A stretch of DNA of 64,000 nucleotides from Paludibacteraceae bacterium (GTDB lineage Bacteria > Bacteroidota > Bacteroidia > Bacteroidales > Paludibacteraceae), in contig JASGJK010000009.1 of the NCBI GenBank assembly GCA_049840795.1, positions 48,233 to 112,232 of the forward strand, in the 5' to 3' direction. Below are positions 17,185 through 24,906 of the stretch, in pieces. Numbering within the stretch: the first letter of the stretch is position 1; each line of letters opens with the position of its first letter. The translations under genes were made by a program, and so were the position numbers. The notes under the pieces are model-generated. The model had not been told where the DNA came from and made no database searches. It saw only the letters and a list, made by a program, of their open reading frames with translations.

Positions 17185-17401
17185 AATAATTGAGATTGGT
17201 TTTATTCCCTGAATTTTCCTGTTTGCGGAAAACCGGAGGAACGAGATTGATATCTTTTTTTGTGAATTCTTTGCAAAAGAAGCGGAAATATACGGCGGAG
17301 TGAAATTTTACAGGGGTAGAAAAGGAGTAGTAGGATTAAAAAAAAATGGAGCAAGGATGAAGAAAAATGCAGATATTCTTGATTTTATACTTGACAAATA
17401 G

Positions 17402-17409
17402 TAGCTTTG
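17402..17409 (+). promoter_or_regulatory. Bacteroidetes -7 promoter box
   Basis: TAgcTTTG lies about 155 nt upstream of the LuxR-type gene. Confidence 0.4.
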
Positions 17410-17419
17410 TATTTTTATC

Positions 17420-17474
17420 CACGGATTGGTTTGTCCACTATTTTTTGCCCACGGATAACACGGATTTCACGGAT
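17420..17474 (+). promoter_or_regulatory. four CACGGAT heptamers in the leader of the LuxR-type regulator gene
   Basis: Copies lie at 17420, 17450, 17459 and 17468. The last three are 9 bp apart. All are downstream of the TAgcTTTG box at 17402-17409. Confidence 0.45.
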
Positions 17475-17520
17475 GAATAATTATTAAATTCTAAAACAAA
17501 TCAACTTTACTTGCCTTATT

Positions 17521-17543
17521 TCCCCTTCGGGGGGTTAGGGGAT
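17521..17543 (+). repeat. G4/C4 hairpin element
   Basis: TCCCCTTCGGGGGGTTAGGGGAT lies about 20 nt upstream of the LuxR-type gene start. Confidence 0.6.
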
Positions 17544-17563
17544 CGATAACACAATTTTGCCAA

Positions 17564-18622
17564 ATGAAGCATTATATCGCTTATTTTGAAAAGGTCATCA
17601 ACCGGATAGCTTGTTTTGTGTTGTTATTCTATTCTTTAGGTGCATTGATTGACATCTTGGTTGGTAATCCGACATATCCCGAGTGGATATACTATTCGTC
17701 TGTACCGATAGGGATTCTTTCATTTACCTGTTTTTTGCTTTCGGTCTTTCGCATTATTTCCTTTCGCATTGGTTTTTTGATTTGTAGTTACGGACTCATC
17801 GTATTCTTTTATGTAGCCGGCTTTATTGATCCTCCGGTAAATCAAACGGCTGTTTTATATTATTTTTCAACATTGGGAGTCTGTATGTCTTGTCTGTTTT
17901 TTTCGGGTTTGACAGGCCTTGGCAAACATGTCTTGTATCTTGGTGTGTTGAATGCCCTGTTGTACGTATCCTTGTTGATTTTCTTCTCTTTATTCCTCAA
18001 TATAAGTGTAATACATACACTGTTCGAGAATATGATTAATGTTACAACCTTTATTGCACTTCCTTTAATCGTTTACATCTTGTTTCGGTATATTAATGCT
18101 TCCATTATTGAAAACGAAGAGAATAAAAAGCGCTTGGAAGAAGCGGAAAAAGAAATTTTGCGGCTTACAATAGACGAAGAGAACCGGCGTAATCATTGCC
18201 TGGCAACGATGCAGGAATCGAATTTGCAACTGCTGGATAAGCTGAAGGGAAAATTCGATGCGCTGCTGGCGAAGAAAATAGAAAGCAGAAACGACTTTGC
18301 CGCCGAAATACAGGAAATGAAAAACCTCTGCCACATTTACCTCAGCACATCCCGCAACAGCGAAAGCTCTCGCTGGCAGCAACACGCCAACACGGATTTT
18401 ATTTCGAGATTACGTGTGAAATATCCGCAACTGAGCGTGAAAGAACAATATATCTGCTCGCTCGTTTGGGCGCTCCTCTCCACCAAAGAAATAGCCGACC
18501 AAATGAATATCAGTGTCGAAGGCGTGAAATGGCACCGCAAGCAAATACGCAGAAAAATGCAACTTGAAAACGATATGGATCTCCACCGCTTCTTAGACGA
18601 CATAAGAAGCAGTGAAAATTAA
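17564..18622 (+). CDS. membrane-anchored LuxR/GerE-family transcriptional regulator (multi-TM N-domain, coiled coil, C-terminal HTH)
   Basis: 352 aa. About 170 N-terminal residues form 5-6 hydrophobic helices, followed by a coiled coil (EENKKRLEEAEKEILRL). The C-terminus LSVKEQYICSLVWALLSTKEIADQMNISVEGVKWHRKQIRRKM matches the LuxR-type HTH. Confidence 0.75.
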   Translation: MKHYIAYFEKVINRIACFVLLFYSLGALIDILVGNPTYPEWIYYSSVPIGILSFTCFLLSVFRIISFRIGFLICSYGLIVFFYVAGFIDPPVNQTAVLYYFSTLGVCMSCLFFSGLTGLGKHVLYLGVLNALLYVSLLIFFSLFLNISVIHTLFENMINVTTFIALPLIVYILFRYINASIIENEENKKRLEEAEKEILRLTIDEENRRNHCLATMQESNLQLLDKLKGKFDALLAKKIESRNDFAAEIQEMKNLCHIYLSTSRNSESSRWQQHANTDFISRLRVKYPQLSVKEQYICSLVWALLSTKEIADQMNISVEGVKWHRKQIRRKMQLENDMDLHRFLDDIRSSEN

Positions 18623-18650
18623 TGTTTTTTTGATTCGTACATAACAAAAA

Positions 18651-18685
18651 AACACCCATCGATTTTGACAGGTGTTTTGGTTTTT
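18651..18685 (+). terminator. intrinsic terminator after the LuxR-type gene
   Basis: Stem AACACC / GGTGTT is followed by TTTTGGTTTTT. Confidence 0.5.
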
Positions 18686-18686
18686 A

Positions 18687-18890
18687 TCATAGAATGCTTT
18701 TTAAGCATAAACAAATACTGTGCAGTGAATTTGATGAGGTCAATTGTCCGAAGAACAGTTGAACAAATTGATTCCAACAGTTCAAGTCTCGTACACTATA
18801 ATTACCAAAATACCGTTTTACGCACTTGTTGAATTCATATTGGTCAACAAAGTCCAGAACCTGTGAGAATACATATTTACCCGAATGCAT
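18687..18890 (-). pseudogene. N-terminal fragment of an IS4-family (DUF4372-type) transposase
   Basis: The 67-aa ORF MHSGKYVFSQVLDFVDQYEFNKCVKRYFGNYSVRDLNCWNQFVQLFFGQLTSSNSLHSI resembles the conserved N-terminus of Bacteroidetes IS4-like transposases. No DDE domain follows. A 13-bp perfect IR (18873-18885 / 18897-18909) brackets the start codon. Confidence 0.6.
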
Positions 18891-19155
18891 AACTTTTTCG
18901 GGTAAATATACGTCAATTCAAAAAATAAAATACCGTATTTATATATCTGATATACAACAAAATATATAATTTTCTATGTGTTAAAAATTAACGCAACACT
19001 ACTAATTAGAAATCATATAATGTCGTAATCAAAATTATGGATAAATCGGCTAACTTTCCCAAAGTGTTTATTGTATTTGTCGGATTTTAACTTTTATTCA
19101 TCGGGTAAAATCGTTTGTTTATCGATTTATGCTTGCAAAGAATTATGCTGACCTC

Positions 19156-19163
19156 TACCTTTG
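19156..19163 (+). promoter_or_regulatory. Bacteroidetes -7 promoter box
   Basis: TAccTTTG lies 31 nt upstream of the LiaF-like gene. Confidence 0.5.
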
Positions 19164-19194
19164 CATCGTAAAAAATAAATAAATATAAAAAATT

Positions 19195-19983
19195 ATGGAA
19201 GAAAAAATTAAAAATTATCATCTATCGGGTCGTTCTAAAGGAATGGTTTTCGGCTTAATTATGGTAGTCATCGGGGGCTTATTATTAGGTCTTAATTTTG
19301 GATTGTTTAATGAGGCTATTAAACCTGTTGTTTTTTCGTGGCCTATGATATTGATTGTGATAGGTCTGTTTCAGCTGGCTAATCGCCATTATTTTTCTAC
19401 GTTTGTGCTATTTTCCATTGGGGTATTTTTCCTCATTCCAAAGATAGCCATAGCTTATCCTTCACTCTTTCCCGGAATTGCCGGAGCCAGTTTTACAGCT
19501 GTATATTGGCCAGTTTTATTGATTGTTGCCGGTGTTTTATTTTTGCTTCACTTTCTTTTTCCTACAAATAACTGGCACAGAAAATGGCATAACAAATGGA
19601 ATCAAACAACCGAAAATGACGAATCGCATACGTACGATTTTGGTGCACATTCCGGTGGATTCGATAAGAATGTGGTTTTTGGCAGTATAGAACAGATAGT
19701 TTTGGATGAAGAGTTTCCGGGTGGAGAAGTAAATGCCGTTTTTGGTGGAATCACGCTTGATTTACGAAAAACAAAGTTAGCTCCCGGCGATACTTATTTG
19801 GAGATAAATGCCGTGTTTGGCGGAATCACACTCTATATACCCGATGAATGGTATGTTGTAACAAAAATGGATACCGTGTTTGGCGGATTTGATGATAAAC
19901 GCCTCAAAATAGGACAAGTAGATAAAACCCGAAGATTAATAGTTAAGGGAAGTTGCGTGTTTGGTGGAGGTGAAATCAAATAG
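19195..19983 (+). CDS. LiaF-like (cell wall-active antibiotic response) membrane protein
   Basis: 262 aa with N-terminal TM helices. The C-terminal domain has the reiterated VFGG motif (NAVFGGITLDL, NAVFGGITLYI, DTVFGGFDD, SCVFGGGEIK) typical of LiaF/DUF2154-type domains. Confidence 0.7.
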   Translation: MEEKIKNYHLSGRSKGMVFGLIMVVIGGLLLGLNFGLFNEAIKPVVFSWPMILIVIGLFQLANRHYFSTFVLFSIGVFFLIPKIAIAYPSLFPGIAGASFTAVYWPVLLIVAGVLFLLHFLFPTNNWHRKWHNKWNQTTENDESHTYDFGAHSGGFDKNVVFGSIEQIVLDEEFPGGEVNAVFGGITLDLRKTKLAPGDTYLEINAVFGGITLYIPDEWYVVTKMDTVFGGFDDKRLKIGQVDKTRRLIVKGSCVFGGGEIK

Positions 19984-19992
19984 AACAAGAAT

Positions 19993-20799
19993 ATGTCGAA
20001 ACAATCAATTTATGTATTTCTGTTTTTTTGTACGATTTTTGCTGTTGTATTGTCAGTGGCATTGTCCCGCTTAGTGCCTATCGATTTTTGGAAATTATTT
20101 ATTGATGGATTTATACATTTAACGCTATTTGCCATAATAACGTATCTTATCTGGCAGGTTGTTTTATATGGAAATTATTCAGCGCTACCTTTCAATCTTC
20201 GGATTATAAACTATACTGCGATCGGGGTTTTAGCTATTGTAATTTGGTTGTTGGTGGGTTATGGCTTGTTTTACCTGCTATTTGGAAAGAATGACAGCGC
20301 TTTGATTGTAAATACGTTATGGATAAAATCTCTCATCGGAATCTTGATGTATTTGCTGGTTATACAGTTTTTTTATCATTATCTCGGCAAAAAGAAGGAA
20401 AATCTGAAAACCGAAGATTTGCCGGATGAGAAACTATACGAACTGACAGAACCAGTATTGGAACATGAAATACTGGAACGAATAGCCGTAAAAAGCGGAC
20501 AAAAAATTCACGTTATTCTTGTATCGGAAATCACTTTTTTCCAAGCGGAGGGCGATTATGTAAAGATATTTACCGAAAAAGGAAAATATTTGAAAGAAGA
20601 AACGATGAAATATTTGCAGGAGCACTTGCCGCCAAGGCAGTTTGTACGTATTCATCGTTCGTATATCATAAATGTGGAAATGATACAGCGAATAGATGTG
20701 TATGAAAAACAAAACCAATTGGTAACGATGAAAAATGGAGAGCAAATAAAAGCCAGTATACCAGGATATAAGCAATTAAAGTTGGTACTAAACTTATAA
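19993..20799 (+). CDS. LytTR-family DNA-binding protein with four N-terminal transmembrane helices
   Basis: 268 aa with about 130 aa of hydrophobic helices followed by a LytTR domain (IAVKSGQKIHVILVSEITFFQAEGDYVKIFT..FVRIHRSYIINVEMI). It starts 9 nt after the LiaF-like gene. No receiver domain is present. Confidence 0.8.
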   Translation: MSKQSIYVFLFFCTIFAVVLSVALSRLVPIDFWKLFIDGFIHLTLFAIITYLIWQVVLYGNYSALPFNLRIINYTAIGVLAIVIWLLVGYGLFYLLFGKNDSALIVNTLWIKSLIGILMYLLVIQFFYHYLGKKKENLKTEDLPDEKLYELTEPVLEHEILERIAVKSGQKIHVILVSEITFFQAEGDYVKIFTEKGKYLKEETMKYLQEHLPPRQFVRIHRSYIINVEMIQRIDVYEKQNQLVTMKNGEQIKASIPGYKQLKLVLNL

Positions 20800-20857
20800 G
20801 AGATACTTTATTCTTTTTGAAAAAGCTTATTGGATTTTGAGAAATTAAACAGTTTAA

Positions 20858-20881
20858 CTCCCTTAATTTCGGGGTAGGAGG
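20858..20881 (+). repeat. G4/C4 hairpin element (variant)
   Basis: CTCCCTTAATTTCGGGGTAGGAGG lies immediately upstream of the small ORF at 20887. Confidence 0.5.
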
Positions 20882-20886
20882 TGATT

Positions 20887-21105
20887 ATGATAGAGATATT
20901 TAAAACCAACGTAAAATTAAAAAAAGATGCCAAGCGGATGGTTGCTTTATTGAGCGCAACATTGATCGGGCACAAAATTAATTTTGACTTGAGCGATTGT
21001 GATAAGATTTTACGTGTGGAGAACGATAAAAAACAAGTTGCTGTGCCGGAAATAAAACAAATATTTTTGAAAGAGGGCTTTTCCTGCGAAGTGTTGCCGG
21101 ATTAA
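20887..21105 (+). CDS. small conserved hypothetical protein
   Basis: 72 codons from the ATG at 20887 (MIEIFKTNVKLKKDAKRMVALL..DCDKILRVEN..GFSCEVLPD). A strong palindromic terminator follows. I recall similar small Bacteroidota proteins without a known function. Confidence 0.5.
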   Translation: MIEIFKTNVKLKKDAKRMVALLSATLIGHKINFDLSDCDKILRVENDKKQVAVPEIKQIFLKEGFSCEVLPD

Positions 21106-21127
21106 TATCCCAACGGATTGATATTTA

Positions 21128-21176
21128 TCACAAAAGAGCCAATAAACTTATAATAAGTTTGTTGGCTCTTTTGTGA
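21128..21176. terminator. bidirectional terminator, near-perfect 49-bp palindrome
   Basis: Outer stem TCACAAAAGAGCCAA / TTGGCTCTTTTGTGA and inner stem AAACTTAT / ATAAGTTT. It lies between the convergent small ORF and thrC. Confidence 0.75.
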
Positions 21177-21193
21177 TACTTTTTATACGTTTG

Positions 21194-22513
21194 TCATTGT
21201 TTTATTAAAAATTGCTTAAATGCTTCAAATTCTTTCCCGAGTTCAATGCTTTTTTTCTCACCTTGCATAAATACTTGCAATTTTGGGGGAATCTCAATCG
21301 GCTTTTCAATGATACTCTCTACAGTTTGGGCAAACTTAGCCGGATGAGCGGTTTCGAGAAAAATACCATTCTCATCCGCTTCGAGCATCTCATTCAAAGC
21401 TAAATATCCGCAAGCTCCGTGCGGATCAAGTAGGTAGCTGTTTTCACTCAAACACGCTCTTACCCCTTGGGCAATTTGTTCATCGGTGTAACTCACACCG
21501 CTTATTTCTGATTTTATGTCGCTGTGGCGATAGTTATACAAATCAAGGATACGTGCAAAATTGCTCGGGTCTCCTACATCCATCGCATTGGCAATGGTTG
21601 CCACGGATGGTTTCGGGGTATAAATGCCGGTGTTTAAGTATTGCAGAAAAATGTCGTTTTTGTTATTTGCGGCAATGAAGCGTTTTATCGGCAATCCCAT
21701 TCTTTTGGCAAAAAGCCCGGCGGTAATATTCCCTAAATTTCCACTTGGTACACAAATGACCGTTTGAAGTTCTTCGGCAGTTAGTTTCGGTTGCAACGAA
21801 CGTAGTTGCGCAAACGCGTAGAAATAATAAAATGCTTGCGGAAGAAAACGGGCTACATTGATGGAGTTTGCCGATGTAAGTTGCAGTTTTTGACTTAATT
21901 CGGGGTCTAAAAAAGCTGTTTTTACCAAACGCTGACAATCATCAAAGGTTCCGTCAATTTCTAAAGCAACGATGTTTTTTCGTAATGTGGTAAACTGACT
22001 TTCTTGAATTTTGCTCACTTTCCCTTTGGGATAAAGTACAAAAGCCCGAATGCCATCTATTCCCAAGAATCCATTGGCTACGGCGCTTCCGGTGTCACCT
22101 GAAGTGGCTACTAAAACATTGATAAGTTTACGTGTGTGTTGCTTTTGGATAAAATAGCGCAATACTCTTGACATAAAACGTGCTCCTACATCTTTGAAAG
22201 CCAAGGTTGGACCGTGGTAAAGTTCCAGACTGTAAATGCCTTTTTTAACTTCTACCAGCGGTGTGTCAAACTCCAACGTTTCATACACGATTTTATTCAA
22301 GGCAACCGGTTCAATCTCTTCTCCGAAAAAAGCGTCAGCGACAACATACGCTATTTCCTGAAAACTTAATGTTTGAATAATATCAAAAAATGAGTTTGGT
22401 AAACGTTTGATTTCATTGGGCATAAATAGACCTTTATCGTCAGCCAATCCTTTGACTACGGCATCTTCCAACGTTACATTTTCAACGGTTTTGTTTGTGC
22501 TGTAATATCTCAT
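21194..22513 (-). CDS. thrC: threonine synthase
   Basis: 439 aa. It has the PLP-lysine motif PTLAFKDVGARF and the glycine loop ATSGDTGSA, with overall ThrC length. Confidence 0.93.
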   Translation of the reverse strand: MRYYSTNKTVENVTLEDAVVKGLADDKGLFMPNEIKRLPNSFFDIIQTLSFQEIAYVVADAFFGEEIEPVALNKIVYETLEFDTPLVEVKKGIYSLELYHGPTLAFKDVGARFMSRVLRYFIQKQHTRKLINVLVATSGDTGSAVANGFLGIDGIRAFVLYPKGKVSKIQESQFTTLRKNIVALEIDGTFDDCQRLVKTAFLDPELSQKLQLTSANSINVARFLPQAFYYFYAFAQLRSLQPKLTAEELQTVICVPSGNLGNITAGLFAKRMGLPIKRFIAANNKNDIFLQYLNTGIYTPKPSVATIANAMDVGDPSNFARILDLYNYRHSDIKSEISGVSYTDEQIAQGVRACLSENSYLLDPHGACGYLALNEMLEADENGIFLETAHPAKFAQTVESIIEKPIEIPPKLQVFMQGEKKSIELGKEFEAFKQFLIKQ

Positions 22514-22524
22514 ACGCTTAATGT

Positions 22525-23589
22525 TTATTTTTCCATTAATAAAAGAAACTCTTTGTGTTTTTCATTATTATTAATCCAGTCATTAGTCCAACGCATATTG
22601 CTCATCACATTTTTACGATAATCAATTTCTACCACTTTCAAAAGTTTTCCGGTAGCTGTCATCATCCGGTGCAATTCTTCTTTGGTGGCTCTTCCTCCCG
22701 AACTGTACGAGAGCAGAATGTATCTCGATTTGGTCATTCCTATTAAGCTTTTTAGCGCTTCCATCGCTATAAAATGATCTTTTTCGTCTTTTCTGTATTC
22801 TTCAAAAACCGATGATACATTTGAATCCCTCGTGTCTTCTCTGCGGTTTGCTTTGCCAAATAATTTCGGTTTGTCATTTAAAATTACGGTTTTCCAAAGA
22901 TGGTAATATGATGCATACCGAACCCTACTCGGTGGCATTTTTTCATTATTGGATCCATACGGAGGGTCAAAATAAGCAAAGTCAAATTCGTATTCCGAAA
23001 TTGTATCGAAAATGTCTTTCTTGATAACCCGATTGTTGCTTATAATAGGAAATCGCTTCGGAAGTTTCAACGTCAAATCATTGTATGAGCGTGGTGACCA
23101 CTCTTTTAGATATGCTGCATAATGTCCCAGCGTACTATCAACTTTATCCAATGCAAAAATCAAACTTGTCAATACAACACATTTATCTTCCCAAGTCAGG
23201 TTTAAATGTTCAATCTCTTCGCGAATGGCATCTAATTTTCGTGTGTTTTTTAGTTGAAATGGTTTTTTAGTTTCAGAATCTTTGGCACCGTAATGTTCCG
23301 TAAACCATCCGTCAAACCCATTCAAACTGTTTAGGTAATCAATTATTTCCTGAAAAAAACCATCCTCTTTTTTCGTTTTAAGATAGCATGTAGCAAAGAC
23401 CTCGCTCCATTCTGAAACGTCGTTTGCCGTAGTATGGTAACCTAATTGCGCAAACATCTGTGATACCCTGGTCGAACCGCTGAAACCGTCCAATACATTT
23501 TTTACATCGTCCAATTCACCCAATATCTGGAGAATATCTGGAATGATTTTCGTCTTTGAACCGGCGTATTTTATTCCTTCGGTATGCAC
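22525..23589 (-). CDS. N6-adenine DNA methyltransferase, D12 (Dam) class, no adjacent restriction enzyme
   Basis: 354 aa. The N-terminus has IKYAGSKTKII (Dam YxGxK-like), an AdoMet loop LDGFSGST, the catalytic FAYFDPPYGS (DPPY) and a C-terminal ILLSYSS. The motif order I-TRD-IV is that of the alpha group. Confidence 0.85.
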   Translation of the reverse strand: MHTEGIKYAGSKTKIIPDILQILGELDDVKNVLDGFSGSTRVSQMFAQLGYHTTANDVSEWSEVFATCYLKTKKEDGFFQEIIDYLNSLNGFDGWFTEHYGAKDSETKKPFQLKNTRKLDAIREEIEHLNLTWEDKCVVLTSLIFALDKVDSTLGHYAAYLKEWSPRSYNDLTLKLPKRFPIISNNRVIKKDIFDTISEYEFDFAYFDPPYGSNNEKMPPSRVRYASYYHLWKTVILNDKPKLFGKANRREDTRDSNVSSVFEEYRKDEKDHFIAMEALKSLIGMTKSRYILLSYSSGGRATKEELHRMMTATGKLLKVVEIDYRKNVMSNMRWTNDWINNNEKHKEFLLLMEK

Positions 23590-23615
23590 GGATTTGTTGT
23601 TAGTTTAAATATGTG

Positions 23616-24821
23616 TTAATGAAAGATTAACTTGATAAATTCTTGACCTTTGATTAGTCCGTAACTGCCTTCTTGACACGCAAATTCATCGTATTTCTCA
23701 ACACCATCCGGTCGGTTGCCGGTTTTGTAAATAATAAACGGAATAGGTGTACGTGTATGTGTGCGAATGGTACAAGGTGTTGGATGATCAGGTAAAACGG
23801 CTATTGTTACCGGTTCGTCCCATGTCATTAACTCTTCCATAACGGGTTTTACCACTCGCTGATCTAAATATTCAATGGTTTTTATTTTTAACCCTACATC
23901 TCCTTCATGACCGGCTTCGTCGCTTGCTTCTATGTGCAAATATACAAAATCATCTGTTTTCAACGCATCAATAGCGGCTTTTGCTTTTCCTTCATAGTTG
24001 GTATCGTAAAGTCCGGTTGCACCTTCAACGTGGAGATTTCGAAGTCCGGCATACACTCCGATTCCTTTGATTAAATCGACTGCCGAAATGACCGCTCCAC
24101 TTTTTATCGGGAATATATCCGTCATTTTATCCATTTGCGGTTTATATCCCGGCGACCATAACCAAATACTGTTTGCCTTGTCTTTTCCCTGAGCGGCGCG
24201 TTTTAAATTTATCAGATGGTTTTCCAATAGTTGTTGTGATTTTAATGTAAGCTCATTCAAAAAGTCGGATGTGAATTGCGCTTCCGGAGCACTTGCTTTT
24301 ATCATAACGTTGGTAAATAGCGTTCCGGGTACATCATGAGGCGGTGTACAAAGAAGATTTTTATTGCCGTTTTTTAATTTAAGAAGATGACGGTACGAAA
24401 CACCGGGATAAAAACTGACCTTTTCATCGCGCATTTCTTTTTGTAAGAAAAGAATCAATTCTTTCGCTTCTTCGTTACTGATATGTCCTGCTGAATGGCT
24501 TTTTATTTTTCCATCTTTGATACAAATTAAATTGCAACGCATCGCCATTTCATTTTCCTCGATTTCAACGTTTATACTCGCAGCTTCTAATGTGCCTCGT
24601 CCTTCAAAACATTTGTTCACATCGTAACCAAGTACAGTGAGATTGGCAATTTCACTACCGGGAGCAAATCCCGCGGGAATGGTGTCAAACATACCGCATT
24701 TGCCTAATTTAGCCAATTTGTCGATATGAGGAGTATTTGCCACCTGTAACGGAGTTTTGTTCCCGAGTGATTCGATGGGCTCGTCTGCCATTCCATCGCC
24801 GAGTATTATGAGGTATTTCAT
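23616..24821 (-). CDS. cofactor-independent phosphoglycerate mutase-like protein (non-canonical homoserine kinase of Bacteroidetes thr operons)
   Basis: 401 aa starting MKYLIILGDGMADEP.. with metalloenzyme superfamily motifs. It sits upstream of thrC, as in Bacteroides thr operons where this family replaces ThrB. Confidence 0.8.
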   Translation of the reverse strand: MKYLIILGDGMADEPIESLGNKTPLQVANTPHIDKLAKLGKCGMFDTIPAGFAPGSEIANLTVLGYDVNKCFEGRGTLEAASINVEIEENEMAMRCNLICIKDGKIKSHSAGHISNEEAKELILFLQKEMRDEKVSFYPGVSYRHLLKLKNGNKNLLCTPPHDVPGTLFTNVMIKASAPEAQFTSDFLNELTLKSQQLLENHLINLKRAAQGKDKANSIWLWSPGYKPQMDKMTDIFPIKSGAVISAVDLIKGIGVYAGLRNLHVEGATGLYDTNYEGKAKAAIDALKTDDFVYLHIEASDEAGHEGDVGLKIKTIEYLDQRVVKPVMEELMTWDEPVTIAVLPDHPTPCTIRTHTRTPIPFIIYKTGNRPDGVEKYDEFACQEGSYGLIKGQEFIKLIFH

Positions 24822-24906
24822 TTGTTTACAATTGTTTAATCTTAAGGGTTGAGTGTGAAAACAAACAAATGTTCAGTCTCTTAATTGGTTTTGATTCCCT
24901 ATATCG

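Noticed and set aside
8366-18910. Classical ssrA-integrated genomic island or prophage.
   Set aside because: No integrase, excisionase or phage genes are present, and I found no duplicated copy of the ssrA 3' end to serve as attR. Only compositional and repeat evidence remains, and that is reported separately.
20871-20881. GGGGTAGGAGG as a Shine-Dalgarno site for the small ORF at 20887.
   Set aside because: The sequence is the 3' half of a copy of the G4/C4 hairpin element family. Bacteroidota generally do not rely on strong SD sequences.
21194-24821. Complete restriction-modification system around the methyltransferase.
   Set aside because: Both neighbours are confidently threonine-pathway enzymes, and the intergenic gaps are 11 and 26 nt. 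There is no room for, or sign of, an endonuclease or specificity gene.
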